Positions 35,401 through 49,100 of a stretch of 64,000 nt of DNA are shown here, piece after piece. Numbering within the stretch: the stretch's first letter is position 1; the number at the start of each line of letters is the position of its first letter. Where the stretch lies: positions 2,024,933 through 2,088,932 of the forward strand of contig NMRA01000001.1 of the NCBI GenBank assembly GCA_002633005.1, in the 5' to 3' direction. Source of the stretch: Phoronis australis. Its lineage: Eukaryota > Animalia > Phoronida. The translations under genes and the position numbers were made by a program. The notes beneath the pieces were generated by a model, which ran no database searches, was not told the DNA's origin, and was given only the letters and a program-made list of their open reading frames with translations.

Positions 35401-38400
35401 ATTGAAAAGAACTTGCACACCCACCAGTCATTTTGTCCATTTTCCATCAATCAACTGTCAGTCAATTATTCCAAGCCCACAAATTACTTCTTTTTTAATA
35501 TATTTATTGAAGACACAAAAGCAATGCACAACAAAGGACACTCACTCACGCCACAAACAGACGCCACACGCTCGCATATCGAGACCTGACAACCCGTACG
35601 TACTCAAGAAAACAAAAACCGCAGAGAGGAGCATCTTAATTTTTCATATTCAGAATTTATGAAATAGAGATATTTTTCCATTTGAATATACTTAAACACC
35701 TTCTTGAAAATTTCAATTACAAATCCCTTAGCTAGGAATAAGTTCATGCCAGTTCAGTAGCAAAAATGGCCTCCACCAAAAGTACGTGTTTGCCATGAGC
35801 CAGAACTATTATAGCGTATTTATTGTGAAAGTAAGAGATCTCTCTTGTGTCTTGTAGTTTTCATTGTTTACAATAAAAGAAGATTAAAAGTAAGTCTTAA
35901 CGTAAAAGTAAATTGATGTACAAAAATATAAACCTCTAACTTCTCTAAGACAGGATCAGGGGCGGATCCAGGATTTTGAGTTTGGGGGGACCAGGGCAGA
36001 GTATTAGCCAGGGTTTTACCTGTCAAACTTTTGCACCCTCAAACTGTTAAATGGAATCTGGGAGAATTTTAGGGGGGGGGGCATGGCCGACTCTAAATCC
36101 GCCACTGAGGATAGCCATTGAACATTATGGGTTTGAGTGAACTAGTTGAATATTTTCCTTATGTTTAACAACTTAGGTCATTAATTTGTCTTTCTTGTAA
36201 TACAATTTATGCCATTCTTGTATTAGTATGTTTCTGATATCCTGTTTTTCTCAAATCCCTTTCACATGTATTTATTCCTAGGTGGAGGCTTACTGGTGTT
36301 TTTCAAGCTATATAGAAAAAATACAGTTAGACTTTATGGAAGAGGGAATGATCAGAAAAATAGGTGAGGCTTTAGTAGATTATTGTAATTTTTCACGTAT
36401 TTAGCACAAAACATAGCCAACATTGAAATTCTAAATTTCTCTATAAAAGTTATGATTCCGAAACTTATTAGTCTATTCCAAGTATGTAGATGTCATAAAA
36501 ATGCTGAAATCGCCATTATGTCCAAAAAGATGTCAGGATTTGAAAAATGAAAAACTGACCATTTTGGCAATTATTTTTGTGCGAAATGTGCTAAGAGTTA
36601 GCTCAAAGACTAAACCATGGTTTGATTTAATGTTCCCTCTGGCTGTGAAGATTGAAAAATGTTTGTTTTCATTACTTAAATATTTCTTTTGCATTTACCA
36701 GTTGAATAGAATATAGCAGTTCTATGTGTTAATCTATTTGTAAATATTTTCCAGTCTTTGTACACTTTCTTATTCTGTGCAAATTCTTATAGCTTTAAAA
36801 TGCTTAAGGTTATGAAGAACCCTAGAAAAATGACTGTCCAAATTTGGCTAGCTGTGGAAGAACGTCATAGCTAACTGATTGGATTCATGTGAAACATTCA
36901 GATACTTTTTACACTGTACTCCAGGTGTGGTTAGGAATTGTTTTTAAATTTATTCTTTTTTACATGATAGACTATCAAAAAACATGACTTTTATAATTTT
37001 CATGAAAAAAAATCACAAGTTGTATAAAACAAAGCCAACATAATATTGCAACATTACAGTATTTTAAAATTTCATTGTGAAAATTTTTATCAAATAAAAT
37101 CTGCTCATGTTATTGATTTCACTGTGTAGCTATGAATGACTATGTTTTTCATTTTTGCTAAATTTTACCTACATGGTCATGTGACCCCATTATGGCAGAT
37201 TGATAAAAAGTCAAAAATCAAATTGAACAGACTTTCTACTTGCATAAAATATGTACTTTACTGACAGAGTTTAAAGCTATAATTTTGAAGATATTTGACT
37301 AAATACTCAGACTGGTTGATACCGTCCAACATAGCCATAAATTATAATTTTGATGTTTCAAAACTCAAAGGATAAAACTGCATTCTGGTATCTGGTTAGG
37401 TCAATGATTACACACCTCACCTCGGCCTCGGTCAGTGTCTAAAGCCTAAAGCCTAAAGCAAAATGTTCATGCCTTCAAAATGGGCATTTTGCTGTTTAGG
37501 TGTGGGTTTTGTGTTTTCAGCCTCAAGTAGCAAGTTGCCTTTTTGTTTTCAGAACATGTTCAGAAGCTATTGACGGAACTGGATAAGGATCTCTATGACT
37601 ACCTCAACTTTTTAGAAGTGGGTGATCTCACATTCTGCCACAGGTGGCTGATTCTTAGTTTCAAGCGAGAATTCTCCACAGAAGACTCTTTCCGCTGTTT
37701 CGAAATTCTGAGTAGCCACCATCTTGAATTGAACACAATGGAAGCCGAGAAGGTCCGAATCGGAGAACGCCGCAAGGAATTTCAACAAATAGGTGATTAT
37801 TTTTACACATTCCAAGAGTTAAGTTTCTGCTTTAAAAATTACATGTCTTGTGTTTTCATATTGGGAAATGGCTTATCTCCCAACTTTCACGAGTTTTACG
37901 AATATGTAAAATGTTGCTGTTATGGGCCTGTTTTCTGCTAAAGGAGAACTTTGCTGTTAGGGATATCACATGCACATCATTAAATTCTTGTAGATGACTC
38001 CTAAGCAATGGCGCTGTATTTTTGTGTTATTGTGACTGAAGTCAGAATGGTTTGGTCAATGATTTGGCAATAATTCAAAACTTGCCAATTTCAACGGTCT
38101 GTAGCAATACAGATGTAGACTTAATGATCAGTTTCGTGTATCATGTTATGAGGAGTGAATTAGTATTATGTACTATAATTTGTGGAATGAATAATGCTCG
38201 TGTCTAATATATAGGTGTTGGGAATGTTTGAAATGTGTAACCTTGCTAATTAATCCCAGGAAATCGTGTTAACAGCTCATTATATGCATGTAGTTAACTA
38301 ATATATATCAGCATGTAGGACCACTCTGATATTTGTGTGCTTTGTCCTAGCTGGTGAACATCGGTCAATAGACGGTGAGATCCAGACCGACTTCACATTC

Positions 38401-39442
38401 GACATCTTCATGTGCGTCACTGTGCTGATAGAGCACCGCATGTCACTGTTCAAGTGTACCGACGCCACTTCAGTGTTTCAGTTCGTAATCAGGTATGTAT
38501 CTTTCTCTACTGTTTGAAGATGGAACTTGGTGAAAACGCTGATCTAATTTTATAAATTCACATAACTGTCGCATACTCGTACTGAAGAATCTCAAAGCCA
38601 GAACTCGCCGAAAACACGACTATAATTTGTGTTGATTATTGTGGTCTCCACCCTCTCCACATGTTGAAACAACTCCCTCTTCACATCACACTGCTTGAGT
38701 CGTGCATTCAACAAGTAAATAATGCAATGCAGAACAGGGAGCAATAATTTGCATTGTATGTGAATAAGTGCTTTATCAATGTGGACTTGAGTTCAGGAAA
38801 CTGTTTCGCAATATGGAAACAAGGAAAACAGAAATAATACGAGTCATAGTCGTGCTTTCAAAGAGTTCTGTCTTCGCAAAAGGTTATTGTCAAACCACAG
38901 TGATTCCTGTTTGAAAATTGATGAACTAGATGAAAGCTAAGGGTGTTCATGTATGTGTCAACACTGCATAACTAATTTTATAGCCCTAATATGGAAGAAA
39001 GTAAACATGGTAACTCAGTAGATTAAGGAATAATATTTTTAATACAATAATTTTTATCTTTATTCTTGTATTATGTGTAATAATACTACCTGTTCAGATG
39101 TATTGCTGTTTGGTGGCGCCACCTGATGTTGGAAAATGAACAGGAGTATTCCGTCTGCCCAATTGAACAAGAATATGTTAATCTAGTTGCTCACTCATTG
39201 TTTGCTGAGCTGTTTATTTTTCTTACCGGAGCTTCCCAGTCCAAATGACGTAATAACAAAGTTCATCAAGTATTTGTTACCTGCATCTAAATTACAGTCT
39301 TTCCATGAAGCTTGATCTGGATGAAATTCTTCAGAAGGCTGAAGGTCTCTTCTTCAAGTTCTGCCGTAAATCTGTTGTTGACTGCTTTGAAGTCATCGAG
39401 CCAATAAAACCAATAGAGAAAAAGAAAAACCAACTTTTGTAG
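29411..39442 (+). CDS. TBC-domain Rab GTPase-activating protein (Gyp7/TBC1D15-17-25-like group), 432 aa
   Basis: Exons: 29411-29588, 30276-30351, 31863-31939, 32470-32591, 33976-34079, 34987-35119, 36282-36363, 37553-37792, 38351-38492, 39298-39442; total 1299 nt, in frame. Motifs: VFRGGVEPDIRRDVWQFLFG, catalytic IDKDVHRT (Arg finger) and GYAQGMND (Gln finger), EAYWCF, FCHRWLILSFKREF. Exact orthologue not assignable by eye. Confidence 0.93.
30600..31630 (-). mobile_element. Inverted copy of the CCACTAGRKGGC-subunit repeat family, inside a TBC intron
   Basis: Reverse motifs at 30692, 30837, 30998, 31131, 31246 and a degenerate one at 31554. Colinear with the reverse complement of about 22300-23000. 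Confidence 0.75.
35957..36107. mobile_element. 151-bp MITE, CAGGGGCGGAT...ATCCGCCACTG, 5-bp TSD (hAT5-like)
   Basis: TIRs seen directly. AGGAT flanks at 35952-35956 and 36108-36112. Confidence 0.8.
38599..38870. repeat. Degenerate inverted-repeat element (MITE-like)
   Basis: cagaactcgccgaaaacacgactat pairs imperfectly with atagtcgtgctttcaaagagttctg. No clear TSD. Confidence 0.45.
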
Positions 39443-42400
39443 CATGGCTTGTGGTCGCTTGTTGCAGCATACCTCCTGGTCACATGGTTTGGGCTGAAGG
39501 CATTGTTTGATACATGATATTCCAAAGACAACAAGGGTAACAGGTCTATGTTTTAACTAAATAAGTTGGTAAGGGGTTGGGAAGTTTGTTAGTGACCAAG
39601 TCTTTGAGCATTACAACTTATGTGCTTTATGGGAATTTTTTCCATGTCCTTAAGCAGCTAATGGAGTTTGTTTGATGCGAAAAATTGCAATTCAAAACTT
39701 CTGGAAAAAACTTTCTTGGAATCATCTCTCGACGTTGTGGAACCATCTGGATCTTTCTATTAGTGAATAGTTACTGTCCTATACTCATGGAAATTGTCAT
39801 GATGTTTATTGGTGCTCCTGTACAACTCCTGGGCCATGAACCATGTGTAAGACAAAGTTAAATCTCACACCCTCATGTATGTTCAGAGAGGAATTCTTGG
39901 CTGTCTCCTACACAGCATCTCCGACACCTCTCTCAAACCTCGACTCTTTTCGTCCTGCTCTGTCATGTCTGCTTTCTCAAATGACTGTCCTGTGTCATTT
40001 AAGTGTTCAAACACTGCAAAAATTGAAACCAATGAATTGTCGCTATTCCTAAGTGGAATGAGCCAGGTAGTTTGGTAACGTCAAATGATTTCAAATGTTC
40101 CACTAGAAGTTTTGAATCGTAATTTTTGTATCTAGTTCATCACGTCGATGCATGTGCATTATTCAAGCACAAATTTTATTATTTTTAGAGAAACAACAAG
40201 TCATTTTCACCTCAGGTTTCTACTGTGACTTTGTTTGCACAGGATAGTCGTTAGCCATCGTAGACCATCATTTTATTAAGATTTTATGATCGCCAGTATT
40301 TCTATTATTTATTGTCACAGCCTTAGTCATCGAAAGTAAAGGACTAGGGCGCATTAAATATTTAATGTGCTTCTCTCTCTGTTGGAGATGCTCAAAAGCC
40401 ATGTGGGTGAATAATGTCGAGTTTTATCTGCAATAATCATTTTGACCTACTTAGATACAAGACTGCAATTTTTGTCTGAGGTAACTGTCAAAGAATGTAG
40501 TACCTTAAGTCGTGTAGTACAAGGATGAAAAAAGAAGGGGAAGAGATTGCTATTCAGTTACGTGATGACATATTCTCCAAATTACTTTCTAACTACTGCA
40601 AGTCTAAGTCATCAACCATCGCAAATCATCCCAGTTAAACTCATTTCATGTATTTTGTCATAGAAAGCCGAGAGCGAATTTTTTGTTTTGCTTGATTCAA
40701 ATTTCCAAAATTCACGATTTCTTGCCATGTTTGAGTGCATAAATTAATCAGACCATCACTTTGGACGGGCTTAAAGCCCCATGATTAGACGTTTGATAGA
40801 TTACAGCTGTAAGCATGGGTGAACCGATATTTGGCAGGTCACCCCTTGCATCGATTGTACACCACTCCTTTAAATCCTGCCATATTCAAAGCAGTGTCAT
40901 CCGTTCATATTTTAAATGCATTTGTCATTGCTGAAGTCCCAATATTTGATATGGGCGATTTTAACTCATCCACTATTCTGTTATGTCATTTTATAAGCTA
41001 TTACCAATAATGTCATGTTATGTGCTCATTTTAGATGTATTGTTTTTAGATGTGACTTAAAGTGCTGAACCTTGATATATTTATTGTACAGTTCTGCAAT
41101 GTTTTTCCATCACCAGTAAAGCTACGATGATACAAATTGTTCTGTTGAAAGAATATCTCAATCAAATGCACAAGTGTGTTTGTTTTTAGAGTTTGTGTTC
41201 CCAAATTAACGTTTGACGCATTCAAGTTCTGTGCCATAGCTACCATTACACAATATTTTGAAAGATTGTGGCCTCCATAACGATGTTAAAGGACCTGAAA
41301 GCAATCCCAATTTTGGCAATTATTTTTGTCCAAAATTCGTGGGATTTTAGATTAAGATGCCTGTGTTCGCCAGTCAACAAACGAAGCTTTGGGAATGACA
41401 CGACTGGACAAATAATCAAAGATGGTATCAGTAATGTTCATGCACACCTTTCAGTGGCAGTGAATCTAATTAATTACCGTTTAATGAGAAATTTATTTCT
41501 CCAACAAAATTACATTCAATGAATAGAAAAACAATACTGTCAGTTAAAACACAGTAATGTATACTTTGGTGTTTGGCATATTTACACAAAGCACATTTAC
41601 ATGAATTATATTACAGTCAACAGTCTATGTACAAATAAAGGAAATGCAAAGCCCTATATACATCAAGGACAGGTTTAAATTCTCAAGTGTTATAATAAAT
41701 GGCAAAAACGTTTTGACTTTGCATATTAAAGAAATTTCAAGACAAATTTCAATTGATGCTTATCTTGACTTTACAACAGGAAGTGTGATAAAACAGTCAT
41801 CTAAGTGCACATAAACTGCACTGCTTGAGTAGAACAAAATTATTTGTGATGTCCACATGACATACCTCGGATAGCTATTTGTGAACTTGGTTTAAAATGC
41901 TACATTTACAGATTCCCCTACAAATCTTTGTGGTCTCCAAAAATGCTGGAGAAGATCAACAATCTATTTCATAGCGATAAAATAACAAACAGGCTGAGAC
42001 AAAGTGAACTGAACAAAAATGACATCCTAATTTTTTAGTTTTACTAGGTGTTACTTGAAGGTGACTGTAAAAGAGCTGCTGATACTGAAGGGGTTTGCCT
42101 GAACTATTTAGTTTCTAAATTCGGATAATAATGACACTCTTTTAAGGAAGGTACTATCTCCAAACATAGTAGCAGAGAAAAGATCAGCGGTACATCATTG
42201 CCAAAATCCTTGGATTCATATTTTACTCGAAATGCCACCGATCTCGTTGCTATGTACGAGTGCAAACTTGATAGTTTACTGGAAGCGCGCCATGCAAATG
42301 GTCAATTTTCGACTCGAGCAAAGCGATTAGACCCCCCCAGCCCTTGTGCTAGAGACCTCAACCAAATCTTGCACACATGTCCGCTGCACAGCCACAAGTT

Positions 42401-43171
42401 TCATTAGATAGTGGATGTTATCATTAATGCTCGATACAAAAATAACTATCAAAACTTCAGGATCTTACTTCAAAACTTTCTCCCCAAGTTGTTATTCGGC
42501 AACACTGTTGGAGGGCAACATATTTTTTTCAAAATTCAACACCTGATGCTCCCCGGTAGGAGGTCCCAGGAAGCTCCACAATGTCAGGATTTTTTTCAAC
42601 TAAGTCTAGAAGTTTTGATTTTATTTTTGGACATCAGTTGGAGTCAACAGTTTCACATAACCGCAACTGAGCATGCGGCGCACACGAAAACAAGAATACA
42701 GACAATAGGACTAGCTCATCAGCTTAGTATAGTTAACCGGTAAATCGAATCAGACTGGATATGGAAATAATTGGATATAGAAATATTTTCATGTTCGATA
42801 TTTGCCTCGCAGCAGCAATTAACATCCATAAAAACGGCCAGAAATAATTATAAAAATATGGCAAATTTTCAACAAGAACGTTTTCTCAAAATTGCCTCCT
42901 TCTTAAACTAGTTAGTCGATTTCTTAATATGTAAATTTTTACATATGCAATGTGAGGAGTTACTCCAAATAAAAGTAACAATTTCAATCATTTCTGTGGA
43001 AAACCATCATGGCATCCCGACAATCTGGGGAAAATCTGGCGCATGAATGGGAATCTACGGATGTTTACATCATGGTAATACATAATTAAAAACAATGACA
43101 ATTACTGACAAAACATGGAAGGTAATAAATAAAGTGCAGTGTCAGCCTGTGCCAACACTTGCTCAGTTCAG

Positions 43172-46100
43172 TCATGATGCTGTCGAAGTCTTTGTTTCGA
43201 CTATTTTCCTCTTGAATTTATTCGCCTCACCCGGTGTCGGCTGTTTCACCACAATTATCTGGGGTTTCACTTTTGCATTGTCAGCATCCCCGCCATTACT
43301 GTGAGACTGGAAAGAAGAAAACAACAGTGAAAAGACCCCACTGGACATCTCCAACAGTCAATGACCGTCTATAAACCTACAGTGAATTTCAAATACATCA
43401 GACCCCTTAAGTCAGATTTTCGTGGATCTTTGACATAGTTATTAGGTATGGTTGCTGTACTACAAACACCCCGCCATTCAGATCAGTCAGATTTCACCTA
43501 ACTTGGATAAAATCTCTTGGCCAGTTCAATCTCACTTATGCAAGTTTTACTGTATTTATGTTTGAGTGATACCATCATGCAAATAATAGACTATAAAGTT
43601 CTAGTGAATGAGGTTGGGATTCACTGGAAGGTGTTATTGAAAACGAAATCCTTCCTGCAACAAATTTACACATCCATACAAGTAGTCACAGTCACAAGGG
43701 ACCTTAGCTCACGGACATCCCCAAAACAGGCAATCTGTTCTTGATCTACTCAAACAAAAAAAAAGAGATCCTTTTCCTCATTTTGCACCACCCACTGAAT
43801 TCAGGGTCTCCCACTGTATCTCACTGCTGTATAATAATAACAATAATAATAATGATGATAATGATAATTTTAATGATACAAAACCCAGTTCCATTGATCA
43901 TTATACAAAACATCTTATTTCTTGTGCTCTTCATGGGCTAAACAGAAGCAAAATGTGTCATAGTCATACCTTTAACAATGCAGCAACATCAATGTTGGCT
44001 GGAGCCACAAGTTTGATTTTCTTTGTGGGCGATACACCAGTCCCATCTACAAAGCAAGTAAATAGTAATGTGTTTATTCGATTCACTATCTGCCAACACC
44101 AGCACCCATATAAACATTACTGAAGAGAATTGACCGAGAAATGAGCAACATTAGCAGGACTGGTAGGTAACTCTACAGGTAAAAATGTCATTTCAACACC
44201 TGACCTCGATCACCTTGTCAACCCAACCAGACAATAATGAAGTGGAATTTAGCAATCAGCTGAAAGCCCCAATTTAACAACAGCATCTTAAGAATAAAAC
44301 AAATGTTATACTTGAGACTCTCATATACAGTACAGGTCACAAATATTTTCACAAGCGAGAGACGGACAGACATCTACAGGATGGTTGATGGATGGCTCAA
44401 GATGGCTGATGTATGATCCCCTATAGTGGGATGTTGACCACTCCGTGCCATCCTCACCATCTCACTGCCTCTCATTCCATAAAATATTTGCAACTCATAT
44501 TGTATAAGCACAGTTGTATCACAGGATACTAAGCACAACCTCCTACCTTCACTTCCCCTCGTCACAAACTTCAACTGTTGTCCTGAGTTGGCTACCCATG
44601 TGATTACTTTCTGAAAACAACAAACAACACAACACAACTCAACACACAACTTTTTCAAAAGTTTCTCAACAAGGGATGAGATTCAGATCTAGACTCAGTC
44701 TCTATTTTACTAATTTCAGCACATTAAAGCTCCTGACTTCTATTCAAGACCACCACTTGTTCAACCCTTGCCTCAACCATACACATTACATTACACTGAG
44801 CAAGCAACCTGATGGCAAACAATTTGTAGGCGTTATCCTGTCAACAAATCACACATATGTTGTTGAACTATGCTACACATCATGTTACAATCAACTTTGC
44901 TGTACAATCCGTGAGCAGGTGATCCTACCTGTGGTGATGACGAGTTTTCCTTTGGCTCTGCCGTGTTAGCACCCTGCTGTTCCTTGTTGACGAGATTTAA
45001 AGCTAGCTTTCCAGCTTCTAAAAGGAACAAAACATGACAAGATATAAATGTCCATGGCTTCATGCAAACAATTCCGAATACTTACACATCCTCAGTGTAA
45101 CCAGTCATGTGTGTGCTAAACATTAGATCCCAACCAGTCTGTTCTGATGAGTTGAGGGTGAACTCTCAGCTGTAAGTTGCATTTATCACCAACCACTTCA
45201 AAAACTATTCTATTAATATGTTGAGCTAACTCTCGGGAAGAAGAAATGTTTTCCTTACTGTAGGTCAGAAAATACATGTGAATGTTATGAAAAGGTTAAA
45301 AAAGTTGCCAATGAAAGACAGAATAAGTTATCGAGAACAAGAGTTATTATTTTGCATCATCAGGGTGATCTTCAATGAAGACTGATAACAAATAACATTA
45401 TTCTCTTTAAAGAGGCATGGAATGCAAAAACTCGTAAAAATACCTTTAAACAGATGGGAGAATTTTTAGAAAAAAATTGTCAGATTCACTGTAACACAGC
45501 CGAAATTTAACTTTCATCCCAATACAGTTTTCAAATTCTCCTCCCCAAATAATATATGTGTGCACATGGGTTCAAATAAGTCAGGCTGGTTTGCTGCTCG
45601 AAATCGCCATGATTGTTTTGTTAACATCAAAGGTCACATTTTCCATATAAGGGAAATGTGTTACGCCCGTGTTGCAATACCAAGTAAGGATATGTGCTTT
45701 TCCTTGCGGGAGAATAATCAAAAAAGTGACGACCAAATGACAGATCATTTTTTGATATTTGAAACTAAACGCAAAATGCTTTGACATCAACAGAAATTCA
45801 AAATCCCTGGTGAACAGTTTTACTTGTGCTTCAGTGGCAGAAAAAAACTTTAAATAATACAATTTTGTCTGTTTTTCACGTTCTATGTCACTTTAAGTAG
45901 TTCAATGAAACAACAACGCTATGGCCAGATCGCAAAGGTGTTCAATAATTCATTCAAACCCAACAAGATATAATCACACCTATCACGACTGTCTATTTAA
46001 GTGTTCATTATTCTTTACCCGTTATGGTAAATGTCTGGCCAGATTCTAACTGCGAAGCGAGTATGGAAGATGAGTCATTTGTTGACATGGTGATGCCATG

Positions 46101-49100
46101 AGTCTCTAACCAGCTCAGAGCCTCAGCAGCACTGGTATCTGAAATGAACACACAGGGTGAGAGGATGGAAATCAGGCTCGTGAACATGAACACTTCTAGC
46201 AGAATCCAAGTATTTTGAGAAGGGAGACAACTCCAATCAAATTAGTTGAACCACAATGACTGGCCTTGGCATAGGACAATAACAAACTTGACTTTCCGCG
46301 TATTAATTCGACAACAAGCACACCTAGAAACACTGCCTCACTAGCCACTCACAATAGCCATTTTATGTGCTACCATAGGGCTTGGAATGATCAATGACAA
46401 CAAAGAGGAAAAATTTCAAGGTGATGTATCGTTCAACAAATAAATAGGCTGGCGTAATAGAAATATCTTTTATGTGTTGTAAAATTTAAGAGAAATAAAC
46501 ATTTTTGCACGAATAAAGTCAAATTATAAAAAAGAAAAACTGAAAATCAAGAGGAAATAGAATCCAAAAAAGAGGAAATCCTCTTAAAAGAAATCCAGAA
46601 AATTAGTTTGTCCATTTTGCTGTTGCATAGTGAGTGGCAATGCTGACAATACAATAAAAAAGCTGAGCGAGAAACGATAAAATGATCTTTGCTTGTCTGA
46701 CTCAGCCCAGAAGTGTGCTAGCAACAGTACACTTCAAAAGCTAGGTCAATCACACACGGCCTTTGTCTACCTCCGCAAATGAAGAGCGATGATTTCGAGA
46801 CATGGGAATCAAGTGACAGGGTAATTCTTCATCCATTTAGAACACAATAAGACCAACCAACAAGTGATTTTTTTTGCCAAATTTATCAACAAAAATATAA
46901 ATTAAGAAAACATTTAGTCTATTTCTAGCTTGGCTTGTACTGTGTACACGTCAAAAAACACCAACTGGAGCAGAGTAATCAACCTAAAAATTGGAGAAAT
47001 GACAACTTTGCCAATTATTTACGTACAAAATAAGAAGGGAATTGCCACAATCCCTGCACATTAATCTGATTGGTCGTTGCTCTGCTCATGCTCACGTGTT
47101 TTCCCTTTGTCAAGGCAGTTTTCAAGTTTCTCAAAAATTGAATATCACTTGGCTACTGATCTAAAATTCAGGTCTAGCTATGACCAAGGACTAGACAGAG
47201 AGAATCCTTGATTACATACTATTTGATGTTTGGTTGATGGGTGCTGTGGCCTCGGCCAGGGCAGCCAGTGTAGCAAGGACTGAGGTACTGCTCTGATCTC
47301 CAGAAGAGGTAACAACTGCGTCACCTATGGCAATCAAAATAGATAGATTATGACTAGAATGACATCAGTAAATTAAGCCAGCATTACCTAACAATAACCA
47401 AACTTCAGTCTGGTATAAACTTCGTTAAAAACACGACTAGGGAAACGAGCAGCACTCCTATGACTTAACACCACGTCAAATGACTTTGTCCTGCTTGGTT
47501 GTCTTCTTCAGCGTGTCACCAAAAGCAATGAAGGTGAAATCCTTGCATCAGCTAATTAGCATACTTTCATGATGTAATAACGGATATTACTATGAAGCAA
47601 AATCCGGGGTTGTTCTTGATCTAAAAATGGTTTTTATGAGCACTTGAAAATGTAGATTTTCCAGGATAATGAGAAAAGAGCAGTCTTATGAACAAAGTAT
47701 GAAAACCTTAGCAATACAGTGAACAGTCCAATGCCAAGTTTTCTCCCAAGATGTGTACCTGGACTTTTTTGGAATAGCCTGGGTGGAATCGGGCTCAGTT
47801 CTTAAGTTATACAGCTTGATCCCTCAGACAAGATAGCAATTAGTATGCATCCGAGATGTCCACCTTGGCAGGCATTCTGACACCTCAGATATTTACTGTG
47901 AGTTATCAGATGAGGGACAACATAATGATACAGAAAAAGGCTGTGTGAACGTCTTGATCAGGCAATTACTGATCAACTCAGTTATTGGACTTTAGTGGTG
48001 ATCACCACAGAGACGGAACATCAGCATACACACACGCTGAAGACAGAACCACAGCTGTGTTCCATAAATGTAAAAAACTCACTTAAACGCAGATCATACA
48101 AGTCATTGCAAGATGTTGTCATGCATTAGAAGCAAAGCACGTTATCCCACTTACAGTTTATAGTCATGCGTCTACAGAATACAGCCCAGAATTACAAAGC
48201 CCACACATTTCCTAATCACTAGACGAACATAAAATGAGATTATCTTTGGCAAACCTCCAGCTCATCATATTTCCAGTACTCCTTTTCACAGGGATTAGTA
48301 ATTCTTTCCTAACAAAAAGGAATTATATCACAATATTTCAGACTTATTACAAGACATCTAACCCCTGCTCTGTAAGAATTTAGCAACTGTGTTAAATCTA
48401 AAGCAATCTAGAATATTTTATCTCATTTCATCCCAAAGAAGACATAGTGTTCATCGTCCCAAACAGAAACCGTGATACATATGAACACAAACGCCATTGG
48501 CATGGTCTCAAACACACCAGCTTACTTTACCAGTCAGTGATACATACGAGAGGCGAGTGACAGTTCTGTGGTAGACGAGGGGACTTCTTCTTCACTGGAC
48601 TTCTCCACCATAGTGGTCAGCTGGCCATCGCCTATCGTTTCTTGTTCAGTGTCAAGCACCACCTGTTCATTCTGTAAATGAAAACCAGATGGTTCACAAC
48701 ATCCTTAGCCGCTAACAGCCATTACCATTTATAATAGACAGGTTCTAATGCTACAGAACACGTATGTCTTAAAATAACTGATGCAAGCAAAACACTATGT
48801 AGCAACAACTAACATGTCTACTGGGTAAGTAACCATTCTGAGACAATGGCAAGCCATAGATTCCTACATGTTCTCCAATAATTTTCATCTTATTATAACC
48901 ATGTGCCACCCCAGAGAAGTCGTGATTTCAACGAAAATAGTGGAAGAACTCTGCTGGTAGTCAAAACACTAAGGCTAAATTGAAACAAATGCAGATAATG
49001 AGTTGATTTAAACACCCAGCACATAGCTAACAAGTTCAAGACAAAAAATGACAATTTTCACAACGTTTTAAGGCATGAATTAAGACTTTTCAGTTACCAA

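Noticed and set aside
42411-42743. 110-aa ORF, and its reverse strand as a candidate GABPB zipper exon
   Set aside because: The minus frame I read contains stops and no heptad pattern; the plus ORF has no ATG start or domain.
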